From Kondoa subrosea (Eukaryota): a stretch of DNA of 64,000 nt. Below, piece after piece: positions 26,199 to 39,239 of this stretch (positions within the stretch are counted from its first letter, which is position 1; each line of letters starts with the position of its first letter). Where the stretch lies: assembly GCA_039545335.1 (NCBI GenBank), contig BCIN01000003.1, forward strand, positions 682,001 to 746,000, read 5' to 3'. The translations under genes and the position numbers were made by a program. The notes beneath the pieces are model-generated. The model had not been told where the DNA came from and searched no databases. It was given only the letters and a program-made list of their open reading frames with translations.

Positions 26199-26417
26199 CA
26201 TACGAGACACTATAGAACAGAAATGTAGCGAAATATGTAGATTGAAGATTATATTGTGTCGACAAAAGTGAGACAATAGATCTCAAAAAGATAGATCTGC
26301 AACAAATGTGAAAGGAGATAGCATCGTCGAGAGCGCCAGCATATTAGCCCCATTTTGAGCAAACATCGGGAATGCATCTTGTGCTCAAGCAAGCAGTCCT
26401 CGACCTTCAGTCTCAAC

Positions 26418-27275
26418 ATGGATGTAGAAATCAGACAAGCAACCGTAGAGGATGACACTGAGCGGCTGGCGCAAGTCATCAACAAGGCAAGAGTCGCTCC
26501 TTTAGTCGAAGAGGTTAGAACTGAAACTTTCTGAACTTAGGCGTACAGAGGAGTCGGTAAGCATTATCAAATGCCTTATAGGTCACGACTCAGATCTCGC
26601 CAGGCGGATGGACCTCAGAAGTAAGCCTGCCCAGCTCATCCAGCCGCGAAATCTGCTGACTAAGCGGTCGTCAGGTTGATCATGTTCTTGGTCAGTAACT
26701 GCAGCTCGTTCCCTGATTGTTGGCTCATGAAAGTTGCAGGAGATCGTATGCCGGTCGCGGAAGTGCGGCGGATTTTAGCAGACGAGGAGAGGTAAGGACT
26801 CAGGCTGGCGACCTGTTCAGCCCTTCTTCTCGGCTGACCTGCACTCTCGACAACAGACAGAAGAACCAACCAGTCTTCGTCGCACTTCAGTCGGGAAGAA
26901 TCATCGGTTGCGTGCAGTGCGAATTGATCACCAAGCAGACCCCTCGCGGCCTCTTGGGCTTATTCGCAGTAGATCCTACACTACAATCAAAAGGGTTGGG
27001 AACGAAGCTTGTTCGCTTCGCAATGAATTTCATGTCAACAGAATGGAAATGTACCGAATGCGAAATCTGGGTTTTGCAGCAGAGGGATACTCTTCTTGAC
27101 TGGTATAGGAATCGCTTCGGTTTCAAGCAAGTCGAAGGTCCAGAAGGAATGAAGCCTTTCGGTCTGGTCTCTCGAATGTTCATTCTTGCTGTATCTGAAT
27201 ATGAGTTTAGTATGGCCCGAGTTGCTCAAATCGCAAGAGCCAAATAATTTCCTTGTTCTACGAGTACCGATATGA
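26418..27275 (+). CDS. GNAT-family N-acetyltransferase (paralog 2)
   Basis: MDVEIRQATVEDDTERLAQVINK; LFAVDPTLQSKGLGTKL; LLDWYRNRFGF; C-terminus VWPELLKSQEPNNFLVLRVPI*. Confidence 0.85.
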
Positions 27276-27358
27276 CAGAAACAGACGACCGTGAGAATGT
27301 AATACTAGAATTGCATTGCAATCACCAAAAAATAACAATAAATTACTCGCTCCCCCGT

Positions 27359-30335
27359 TCACATCTTTCTGGCCAACCACAGACTGGCATACATATTGAC
27401 CGAATCTATCGGTTTGCTTGTTTGAACGGAGCGAATCTGACTGAATTTAAGCAAACTACCATTGAATGGCTTCAGCAACAGAGAACTCACTTGCAAGGGC
27501 TCGACTCTAAAGCCAGCTTCAACAAACAGTTCACCATACCAAGGGTTCATGGCAGCAGATCTCCAGAACACTCTTCCTCCTTTCTTTAGAGCGCGATGCA
27601 TTGCCTTGATGGCTTGGGTGAGCTCACAAGGAGGTGCGAAACTTTCGGTTTTCTTGGGTGCTGTCGCGCCTCTTGTTGGAGGGAACCAGTCCATGCTAAT
27701 CTTTGCGTAAGCTAGGCGTCCGAAGCAGCAAAAAGAGGACGCACTGATCCATAGCCACGAAGACTGACAGAGATTGTGGTTCGAGACGGAGCAAGACATT
27801 GATAATCGAGTCGGTATGTATACGGATCGAGTCGATAATGCGTCCGTTGTCCGATCTCAGAGTCTCGTAGCCTTGTCGTGTCAAGTATAGCGGACAATTT
27901 TCTTGCGAGTATTTGCGTTGCAGGCAGAGGTAGTAGTGATGATTTTGCTTTTTGAGATGCATAGTGTTTGCTACAGGGTCCAGAGTATCGACAGCGTATT
28001 GACCAGCTGAAGCTAAGATAAGCATATTAGCGAGCTGGGATGCCCAATGAAGGAACGCCTTACTTTCAGCCTGAAACATTCGCATCTGGGTCCTAGGAAC
28101 GCCTAAACCTTGCCAGAGGAAGATACTGCTGTCCAATCAGCGTTTTTCTCTTGCTTTCGAATCTCACATACGGATTGTTGCACACCAGCTTCAACAGCGG
28201 ACCAAGTAAAACCGGCCGGAGCTTGTTTTGCCAGATAGCGCGCTGATTCTCCAATGTAGGTGCATTACAGAATTGATCAGTAGCCTTCTCTAAGCCATGC
28301 AGCTTGAGCAGGCAGTGGACGGCACGCAAAGCTGCTCCAGAATAACCAAGACTGTAGAAGGATTTCTCGAAAGCTGTTTCATTCGCTCGCCAATATTGAT
28401 ACTGAGAAGCGTCAGTCTTACTACTACTATTAAGAGGAGTGTTTAAAGCTTCTTACCGCATGAGATGTCAAATGTGCTGAAAGCTTGGAATCGAGCAATT
28501 GCCTGAAGTTAGGATGCTTGCCTTCGCCGAACATCATCCAATAGTCTTCATATGGCAAAGCCAGAGCTGCAGCGATCTTTAATTCCATGATGTGACCTTG
28601 GCTGTAAACGAAGAAATGAATTAAAGCCTGACTCTGTCAGAGCGAGACCAACTGAGGATTCATGTCAACGCAATTGACTGTCGAAGCATCAGAATAGATA
28701 CAGCATACATGAGAGCGGACATACTGCGCTTAGGTTTAGCAGCAATAGCATAATGCAAGGCATTGCACCCAGCCGATGTAATGACGAGCATAGAATCCTC
28801 TGTGGTAATATTGAACAGCTCAATATCTGTGGCAGGATCTTCCCACACGTATCCATATATCCAGGTTCTGCATAAGTAAGGGAATATCCATGGGCACTGC
28901 AGAGTCCAACTAACCTGAACTCTTTGTGCACATCCTGGTCAACATAAGGCACGCGTAGAGCCCCGGTGTTGTAGTGAAAGGCTGTCAGAGGAGATTGAAG
29001 CTTCTCGTATGTGAAAGATACTGCGTCTTGAGGTTCATAAGTCGGCAGATCACCGTCGAGCGAGTAGGCCGGGATGAGGTCAGGAGATCTTTCAGGAGTA
29101 ATAATGGGAGAAGATAATGCGCTGATGCTGTTTCCTGAGTCGACTTCGAATGCTTGCACGGTTTTCGATACATTGCGCCCAGCTTTACATCCAAGCCTAT
29201 GGGTTTACATTCTTCATCAGCTATAGTCCTATCCACGAGGTAAGAGCTCACCAGACATAGTAGGGAATAGATACAAGATATGGAACCATCGACTTGTTTC
29301 GACCATTGTATGACTTGAGCGTTCCAAACTTCCACTCTAGAATTTGACGACGAGCGGGTGACAGGTCGATGTTGTCGAGTTCAAACCTACTTCTTTGTTA
29401 AATTTGTAGATCTTACAGCGAATGTTTTGCGTACCAGTGCAACCAGAAGATTCTAGAGATCCATGAAGAATGTCTTGATTGAGAGCCAACGCTCTGGTCG
29501 TAGACACCATTGCTAGCTGACACCGAGAAGTCGACTACTCCAATTATGCCATGCATGGCAAGAGCTTTCTCCAGCCTATCGACAGTACCTGCTTCTCGCT
29601 TCAGCAAATGGTTCAGCAAAATTCCTTTGAACACACCTAGCCAGTTTGGGATCATGGAGAAAGAATAGGACATGGTTATCAGATCTGCTTTCTGAGGTCG
29701 GCCATCTCTTCCAGCTGGCATTTCGAATGTTGCTGCATCTTGACATATGTAGACGATATTCTTCCAACCGAGTTTGGCGAACCGCTGGCGTGCCACTTCT
29801 AACAATGGCCTTTGCATCCGTCAGCTTGAATCGATGCATTAGTCAACACCCAGCTCACTCGCAGAAATCGACCAAGTAGATGACTTCAAAGTCCTCAACT
29901 TTCATATAGCTCGTCAACATTGTTTCGATGTTCCAGCCTGTGTAGTATCACTCAACAGACGAAATACCAAGGAAGACATGTACGAACCTGTTCCACCTCC
30001 TATCTCTACCCAAACTAGTTTCTGACCAGGTTTCTTTGCTCTTTCTTTCTCCAAAGCAGCAGCAGATAAAGTCAACATTGTTCGTCTGCCCTTGAGTAAT
30101 CTTTCTCTTGTAGCATCATATACTGCCACTCGAATCAGCTAGTCTATTTCTGTCCACGTCAAGACGTACCAGATGCTTGAGCTTTATAGAACCCATCCAA
30201 GCGTTCTTGCTGGTTGACAGTCTTGCCCAAAGGTTTGATGAAACAGCAATAAGCAAAGATCAGAAGCGCCTTGATCGGCTTAAGGATTGGCCAATCAGTT
30301 AGCCAATCAATCAACGCAATTAATTGGGTAAGCAT
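27359..30335 (-). CDS. BTA1: Betaine lipid (DGTS) synthase, fused BtaB methyltransferase and BtaA domains
   Basis: QERLDGFYKAQA, YDATRERLLKGR, WVEIGGGTG, ITMSYSFSMIP, WEDP...MLVITSAGCNALHY, MDWF, GGRVFWRSAA, DSVNMYASLW. Confidence 0.92.
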
Positions 30336-30374
30336 TTTCTTCGAAAGCGTATTGTTTGAGTATGAGGAAAGTTT

Positions 30375-30476
30375 GAACGTGTTTGGAGGGTCGTTCGCGC
30401 GCTTCAATTGTCCAGGCGAAAGCAGGACATTAGCTTTGTTCTTAGCAAACACGTTCCGAAGCTTTGCAAGAACGTG
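30375..30476. promoter_or_regulatory. Three CACGTT/AACGTG (Pho4/NUC-1-type) motifs upstream of BTA1
   Basis: AACGTG 30376-30381, CACGTT 30450-30455, AACGTG 30471-30476. The first two lie in an 11-bp perfect inverted pair. Confidence 0.5.
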
Positions 30477-31120
30477 ATAAACATTTGATCAACAAAGAGA
30501 GAGGCTTTCGCGCAGTATCGCATGGGAAGCAGGACGTCCAGAAGAGCTAGTAGGTGACCCTGCGAAGTATATTGCATGAGCAGACGCGTAATGGACTTGT
30601 TTTTGGAGTTGAGTTAAATTCCATCGGTAAGAGAAGAGTAGCATTTGTGCTTCAGCCAGATCGCATCAACACGCACAGCGTCTTGTCAAGAACCGATTGC
30701 AAGAGTTCGTCATGAAGATACTAAGCTGTCGCCAAGCTCACCGACATATCGGAAGGAGCAATGAGAGGACAAAGACTTGATTCGAACGCAAGATAGAGTT
30801 ACAGATAGCAAGGAATGACGGTACAGGGGATGTGAGCGGCAAAGCAGCAAAGCAGAATGAAAAAGCAACTCATTCCGTTTCACAGTGCATTCAAGATTGA
30901 TCGCTCGCAATTCCTAATGAATCGGCTGCTCAGATGCATATTGTAGCTTCTGCTGCGCTTGCTTTAGAGTCCTGTTTGCGAGTTTCACGATCCACTTGCT
31001 TTCGGTAATTTGGCTGTTCGAGTTGTACCTAAACCTCCAGCTTTCCTTGTGCTTTGCTGCTCTCAGTAACGCTTCATCAGTTCTGCACAGCTGTGTTAGA
31101 CAGTTCGCAGGCGCTCGATC

Positions 31121-32249
31121 ATGGCAGAACCCCCTTTCCGCCAATCTCTCATTGTGCGCTTTACATCCACAATATTTCATCGCTCTAAAGTGATAAGTGA
31201 AAGTCAGGCGCTTTCGCTGGTTTAGCAGTCGATCTTCTTTTCTTTCCTTTGGATACTATCAAAACTCGATTACAGACTCAAGAGGGTTTCATACGGTCTG
31301 GCGGATTCAAAGGGATCTACAAAGGTTTAGGTTCTGTGGTGGTTGGATCAGCTCCTGGAGGTACATATACATATTCACGATGTCGAAAAGTGAGATCTTA
31401 GCTGAATGATGAAGGGTAGCGGCATTGTTCTTCAGCTCGTATGAAGCGCTTAAAACTCAATTACCGTTATGGACTGGAGGAAAGCTGTCAGATCCAGTGA
31501 TACATATGATAGCGGCTAGCGGAGGAGAAGTAGTGAGTTCATCGTGTCTGTTGCGAATCATTTGACATTGAGGAATTTGATGTTCAGGCAGCTTGTCTTA
31601 TCCGAGTACCGACAGAAGTAGTCAAGCAACGGACGCAGACATCTTCCTACGGTCAACAAACGTCGTCTATAGGTGCTTTACGACGAGTGATAGCCGAAGC
31701 TGGTCCATCTGGTCTGTATCGAGGTTATCTGAGCACAGTAGCTCGCGAAGTCAGTCTGCCCCTCCCTCTTTGTGAAGACATACCGTCTAATCTCCAATCA
31801 GATTCCTTTCTGCTGCATTCAATTCCCTCTGTACGAATATCTCAAAACCCTTCTTGCTTTACATCGATCACCATCAGGTCAAGTTGATCAATTACCAGCT
31901 TGGCCAGATGCAGCTCTATGTGGATCAATAGCTGGATCTTTCTCTGCTGGTGTAACTACACCTTTAGATGTAGCTAAAACCCGAATTATGTTATCCAAGA
32001 AATCTGAACTGCAAGGTTATCCAAAGATCTTGCCTACTTTATCAAGAGTTTACGTCGAAGAGGGAATGAGTGCGCTGTTTCGAGGAGTAGTACCAAGGGT
32101 GCTTTGGATTGGTTTGGGTGGTAGTGTGTTCTTAGGTTAGTCTTATGCACTTGCTTGTATTTCTCTATTTGATTTGAACTGCAGGGACATATGAATTCTT
32201 CAAGAGCTCGTTAGCGGATAAGTCTGTAATAGCGGAAGAAGTGAAATAG
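31121..32249 (+). CDS. PET8: Mitochondrial S-adenosylmethionine carrier (SLC25A26/Sam5)
   Basis: [79 protein letters not shown]. Confidence 0.9.
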
Positions 32250-32377
32250 CATGACTCAACTGTCGCTCAATATATGAGTCGTGACTTCTACAAACAACCA
32301 AAAGTTTAGACATTATATCCGCCTACTTGCGTTGCGTTGGATTATATTCCAGGATACGGATATCTTTGAGCAGAAGC

Positions 32378-35300
32378 ATGAGTAGCAAAGGAGCTTTTCC
32401 TTCGCATGACTTGGCTGCGAATTTCCAATTTGCTCGAGAAGAGGAAGTCGTCTTGCAGTGTGCGTTCGCAGATTAGCTGCTATCTGTCTTTACGAAAGAT
32501 TGAGCCGATTGACCACGTACAGATTGGAGGGATATAGACGCTTTCCAAGAATCACTCAAGCAATCAAAAGATCGCAAACCTTTCTCTTTCTACGTATGTG
32601 CTCGTCTCAGCTAGCTCTATCGAGTGCTTTGTTGACATGGGTTCATACAGGATGGACCGCCCTTCGCTACTGGTCTTCCGCATTACGGGCATTTGCTGTG
32701 AGTTTGGAAATCCACAGCTTGAGCAAGACTCATGAGTGGGTTTCTATTAATCACAGCATGGGGACAGTCAAGGTAGCTTTAACTCAACTTAGCGCCGTAT
32801 AATTGCTCAATACAATTTCAGGACGTCGTGACTCGATTCGCTCATTCAAATGGATACTATGTCGAACGTCGTTTTGGCTGGGATACACATGGCTTACCAG
32901 TCGAGAGAGAAATCGACAAGAAGCTAGGCATCACTTCAAGAAAAGACGTAATGGATCTAGGCATTGATCGTTACAATGCTGAATGTCGAGCCATTGTTAT
33001 GCGTTACTCTTCCGAATGGCGATCTACTGTTGAACGAATGGGTCGATGGATCGATTTCGACAACGATTACAAAACTCTCAATGTGTCATTCATGGAATCC
33101 GTTTGGTGGGTGTTTAAGCAATTATGGGAAAAGGGAGCAGTTTATCAAGGGTTGAGAGTTATGCCTTATTCAACTGCTTTGATGACTCCTCTTTCCAATT
33201 TCGAAGCTGGTTCGACTTATCAAGATGTTGATGATCCAGCTGTAACAGTTGCTTTTGAATTACTTGACGAACCTGGCGCTTCTCTTTTGGCCTGGACAAC
33301 AACACCATGGACTTTACCATCAAATCTTGCTCTTTGCGTTCATCCTGAATTCACCTACCAGAAAATTCACGACATAGAAAAAGATAGAGTCTTTTACCTG
33401 CATGAGAAACTTCTTTCTACACTATACAAAGATCCAAAGAAAGCCAAATTCAAGAAGCTGAGCACTATCAAGGGCAAAGAAATGGAAGGCTGGAAATACA
33501 AGCCAATGTTCCCCTTCTTTTACGAAAAGGTCAGTGATTGCTTCGATTCTTCTCTTGTGAAGTTTATGAATGTGATGCCTGACAGTACAAGGACAACTGC
33601 TTCCGCGTTCTCTGCGACGGTTATGTGAAAGACGACAGCGGAACGGGTATTGTTCATCAAGCCCCTGCTTTTGGTGATGACGATCACCGTATCGCTATCA
33701 GAGAAGGCATTGTAAGGAAAGACGAAATGCCACCTATGCCGCTGGACGAACAGGGGAGGTATACTGATGAAGTCGGAGATTTGAAAGGCATGTATGTCAA
33801 GGTAGGCGTGTTGGATTTTCAGCTAGTGAAACAGCTGTGAAGACCTCGCAATTCCTACAGGACGCAGATAAAGTCATCATGAAGCGATTGAAAGAGTCTG
33901 GACACCTTATTGTGCAATCTACATTGAAGCACGCCTATCCTTTCTGCTGGAGGTATGCATTTTTCGAATGATAAAGGTCGAAAACTGATTATATTTCAGA
34001 TCCAACACGCCTCTCATTAATCGAGCTATTCAAGTTTGGTTCGTTTCCGTAGAACCTATCAAAGATCAGCTCATCGCAAACAACAAAGAAACAAGATGGT
34101 AAGCATTCTTTTCTCCTTATACAGACATAGCTTATTCGCGATAACAGGGTACCACAAGAAGTCGGAGACCGTCGTTTCCAAAGCTGGCTCGCCAACGCAA
34201 GAGACTGGAACGTCTCACGAAATCGATACTGGGGCACACCGCTACCTATCTGGAAATCAGATGATGGAGAAGAAATGGTCTGCGTTGGATCAGTAGAAGA
34301 ACTAAATGAGCTTGCCGGATGTGGTATACTGAAAGATCTGCATCGTGAAAGTGTTGACGGAATCACTATTCCTAGCAAAAAGGGTAAAGGAAGACTCAAG
34401 CGAGTTGATGAAGTGTTCGACTGCTGGTTCGAATCTGGAAGGTGCGCAAGGAGGGAGAATGCTCAGCTTTCAGCTGATTTCTTGGCCCTTTTCTGAGTAC
34501 AGTATGCCTTATGCCCAAAATCATTACCCTTTCGAAAACAAAGCAGCGCAAGAAGCTTCTTTCCCTGCCGATTTCATCTCAGAAGCTATGGATCAGACTC
34601 GAGGCTGGTTCTACACTTTACTGGTACTAGCAACACACCTCTTCCAAACTGCGCCATGGAAGAACTTGATTGTCTGTGGTCTGGTGCTAGCAGAGTGCGT
34701 AGGAAGGCACTGAAATTAGACTATGCTGATTCGGCGATCCTTCTGCGCACAGAGACGGCAAGAAGATGTCTAAGTCGCTAAAGAATTATCCTGATCCAAA
34801 TCTTGTGATGAATCAATACGGTGCTGATGCTCTTCGGTGCGCAAAGAGCAGCCTGCTTTAGTCGTGTTCTAATGCGGATGCTCGCTCGTCACAGACTTTT
34901 CCTAATCAATTCTCCCGTGGTCCGAGGTGATAACCTGCGCTTCCGAGAGGCAGGCGTCAAAGAAGTCATCAGTCGAGTTCTTCTTCCTTGGCTCAACTCC
35001 TTCCGCTTCTTCCTCGGCTCTGTTGCATTGCTGAAGAAAGAATCGAACATCGACTTCACTTATGATGGAACAGCAGCTCAATCAACAAATGTTATGGACC
35101 GATGGCTGCTTGCGAGGTGTCAGAGTTTGATTCAACATGTTGGTGAAGAAATGTCAGGTGAGCTGTCAAGGATGCTTCTGCTATAGATAAAAGCTGATCT
35201 CGTCAACAACTCACAGCATACCGGTTATATACTGTTGTGCCCCGACTTCTCGATTTAGTAGAAGAGCTCACGAATTGGTATGTTCGATTCAACAGAAGGC

Positions 35301-36449
35301 GGCTGAAGGCAGAAAGCGGACCAGAAGATGCTGTAGTCGCTTTGACCTGTCTTTTCGAAGCGCTTTTGACCTTGTGCCGAACACTAGTAAGCTATGCATC
35401 TATTACAATGTGTGTGTCCCTCTGACGCTTTTTTAGTCCTCTTTCACTCCTTTCCTTTCCGAACACATCTATCAATCTCTTCGATCTTTCTTCAACGATC
35501 CTGCTAAACTTGGTCTCGGTGAAGATGTACGATCTATCCATTTCTTACCTTTCCCTACCGTCCGTCAAGAATACTTCGACCCAGTCATCGAAAGACAAGT
35601 GTTGCGCATGCAGACCGTCATCCAACTAGCGCGAGTCATTCGAGATCGCAAAACTTTGCCTTTGAAGGTCCGTGATGATTCCACTTTAGTACTGTATATG
35701 TGCTAACATGGGCATATCGTGGACAGACCCCTCTGAAAGAAATTATTGTGCATCACTCCTCCCAAGAATATTTAGACGATATCAAATCCCTTTCCCGATA
35801 CATAGAAGAAGAAATCAACGTCCGGGAAATCATTTGTACATTGGATGAAAAGCGTTGTGGTGTGAAATGGCGCTTGGAAGCTGATTTCGCTGTTTTGGGC
35901 AAGAAGCTTCGGAAAGATTTAGTCAAAGTCAAGAAAGGCTTGACAGACGTTACTTCGGATCAAGCCAAAGACTTCAACCAAACTGGCAAAATTACTGTTA
36001 GCGGAGTAGAATTAGTTAAAGAGGATTTAACAGCGAAACTTTTTGTGGAAGATATTCCTTCTGCTGATGGTGGATCAAGTTACGAAAGCAATGCGGATGG
36101 CGATGTGGTCATTTTGATGGATTGTTTGGTTCGACCTGAATACATTGATGAAGCTTTAGCAAGAGAGTTTGCGAACAAAGTACAAAAAGCAAGAAAAGAA
36201 GCTCGCTTACAAGCAACGGATGATGTGGATGTCTACATTCGCACGGAGAATGCTGAAGGAAGGGACCTCGTCGATCGATTGCTAAAAGGTCAACAAGCAG
36301 AAACCATCATGCGCGTTTTGAAGAAATTACCTTTCGATCGTTCGCAATTACCCGAAGGAACAGCACCATTCTGGGAATCGCCTGAGGACAGTCCATTAGA
36401 AGTTGGCGATCAGAATCTCTTCTTGACACTAGTGAAGCTTTCCGCATAG
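32378..36449 (+). CDS. ILS1: Cytosolic isoleucyl-tRNA synthetase
   Basis: [14 protein letters not shown] (HIGH motif), [49 protein letters not shown]. Confidence 0.97.
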
Positions 36450-36506
36450 AGGTAGTACAATTTACACAAGATGAAAATGCGATGCTAGATTAGTAATACA
36501 AACTTT

Positions 36507-37465
36507 TTACTTTGACCCAAAACCAGAGAAGCCCATCATTGCTTGCATTTGCTGTTCTTCTTCAGTCAGAGGAGCTACTTCCTGCTCTTGCGCTTTCTTT
36601 AATGCTTTTGTTTCTTTTTGTTTCTGCTTCCGCGCTTGTTTCTCTTCTTCCTCGGTTGCTTTGATTTCTTTGAGCCTTTCAGCAAAGTCGTATTCTTTCT
36701 TTTCTACTGCTGCTTTTGATTGTTCTCGTAGCATTGCAATCTTAGCTCGTACTTGGTCCAAAGTAGATTTCGCTACACGAGTCGTTTGACCCAATTTCTT
36801 CAGATCTATACGGTTCAACATCAGCATGAAACCATAAACAATATTTCAGATTGAAAAACGCACGACTTCTTCCGTTCAAATGATCCAAATACGATTGAGA
36901 ATCTTTATGGTTCTTGGAACAAATGTCGCAGAAATAACCACCAGCACCTTTACCTCTTCCACCAGAAACGACAATAATCTTGTTCAAATTCTTATCTAAC
37001 TCCAAAGACCCTTCACGGGCCTTTGCTTTCTCTTTAGGTTTAGGTAAATCATCATCTTGCTTTTTCCTAGGTGGTTTCTTGCCTGTCCAAAGCTTGTGAG
37101 CAATGGATAGATTAGAAGTACATATTGAAGAGGGTATACCTTTCCGTTTAGCTTGTTCGGCTTCCTGTGCATGTTCACGAGCTTCTCTGTCCTAATTCCA
37201 ATTGGTGAGCCAGAAATCCAGGATAACTCGAGTGTATAGTCCTGACCTTCTCCCTTGCTTTCTCTTGATATTCCGCTACATCCCATGTCCGTCTGTCCCA
37301 AAGAAAGCCCATGAGATTATGGCACAACCATCATCCAGAATTCAGATTTACCGAAAGTTAGCACCAGAGGACTGTGAGACTCAAGTCAGCTTAGAGCGGA
37401 TGTGAGATGTAGTGAAGGCTCGCTGCTTTAGTACCGTATGAGCCTACCTTCTCATCGCCTGCCAT
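36507..37465 (-). CDS. SNU23: U4/U6.U5 tri-snRNP zinc-finger protein (Snu23/ZMAT2)
   Basis: NFRRTWD; matrin zinc finger GYFCDICSKNHKDSQSYLDHLNG; C-terminus MQAMMGFSGFGSK. Confidence 0.9.
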
Positions 37466-37506
37466 TTGGACTTGGTTGATCAAGAACGACCGACTGAGTA
37501 TTTGTT

Positions 37507-39121
37507 ATGGCCAGAGTTATCTTAGGTTCGCCTTCTTCAAGCTCATTACAGCAGCAACATGTCTTATTAGAGCTGGGATTGGGACGAACAGTTACTGGAG
37601 GTGAGCCAGATAGGAGTGGAAAGAGTAAAGCGAGTTATTCATGACGGATGCAATGAATACACAGCAACTGGAAAGCAAGGCGGATCAGTAATCAATGCAC
37701 TGGTTGCAGCAAACAAGAATGTAACACAACAGAAGTATACTATTCTTGCTTTAACGAGGAACAAAGACAGTAAAGCTGCTCAAGCTTTAACTAATTTACC
37801 CAATGGTGCTCTCCATTCCCCCCCCTTTTGCGGAGCATGCTAGAAGGTACTGATTTTGTTCGGAATGGTGTGACAGTGCAACTGGTTCAAGGTAATCTGG
37901 ACGATCCCGATGCTATCTTCAAGCAGACTGGTCACGTAGATGGAGTCTTCAGCGTTCAAACTGTATGTCATCGTCTAATCACGAAGATGAGCTGTTGAGA
38001 TATCATTTAGTTTAACGGAACTGGTCAAACTGTAGCAACAGAAGAGAAGCAAGGCAAAGTAAACTGCCTTCACTCTCCATTTACTTCGCTATCTAACCAA
38101 ACGTGAATCGTGTAGGCACTAGCAGACTCAGCAGGAAAATATGGTGTTAATCAATTCGTCTATTCCTCAGTAGACAGAGGAGGAAAAGACTGGGCTACCG
38201 ATGTCCCACATTTCGCTAGCAAAGCTCATATAGAAGAATACATCAAGAATACTCAATTATCTTGGACGTGCGTGGATACGATAGAGCCGTCAGTATTTAT
38301 TGATATCCTTTGTCGCGATCTGCACAGATTCTTAAGACCTGTTTGCTTCATGGAAAAGTAAGGCGATTGCGATACTGCTGCACAGTCAGCTAAATCCTGC
38401 GCTCGTTTTTACAGTATGACACGTAAGCCTGCTCGGAGATCTGAAGTTTCACTTCTGATTCACCACGGGACGGCCTACAGCTGATTTCGCAGGCAAGTGA
38501 GTGAATACGCAAAGTTCATCTCAAGAAGTATTTCTGATGATGATAATGATAAAAACAGAATGTTTGGCGCTACCTGGGCTTCCTGGCTGGGATCCAATCA
38601 ACGTCTTCAACTCATTTCAGCAGCCGATATTGGGCTCTTTGCACTTTTAGCTTTTGAGAATCCAGAAGAATGGAAGAACAAAGCTATCTCCATCGCAGGA
38701 GATGAGAAGACGCTCAATGATGTGGATTTCATCTTTATGAAACAGTTTGGTTATGCTATGCCTAGAGCTTTTGGTTGGATGGGTTCTGCTTTTACTAGTT
38801 ATGATAAAGATATGGGCGTGAGTTCTTGCTTCCCTGGGCTGATGTGATTGGAACGAAAAGGACTGATGTGTGATCATTTGTGGGAAACAGAAAATGTTCA
38901 TGTTTATGAGAGATATTGGGTTCAGAGCGGATTTGAAGGAATGTCGGAGTGAGTCGTGCTAGAGCTCTTGTCGCGTAGTGATGAGGCTGAGATGCCTCTA
39001 GGACTTGTGTACAATCTCAAGGATACTGAACAATGGCTGGACAAGAGCAAGCTCTGGGTTAGTGTGTCGTTTTAGAGTTAGCGCACACGCTGACTGAATT
39101 GATTAGCATCCATATATCTAA
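37507..39121 (+). CDS. NmrA-like atypical SDR / NAD(P)-binding protein with microexons
   Basis: Spliced MARVILVTGATGKQGGSVI, ILALTRN, FVYSSVDRGG, VPHFASKAHIE, LRPVCFMEN, DIGLFALLAFENPEEW. Confidence 0.88.
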
Positions 39122-39239
39122 TACCGGACCTGGACTGAACATTTCTTCTTGGTTTCTTCTCGCATTGATGGTTCCCTCTGACGCAATTATGTACTTGTAT
39201 ATACTAGCTTTGCAATTTCATGTCTCGCATCTCATGTAC

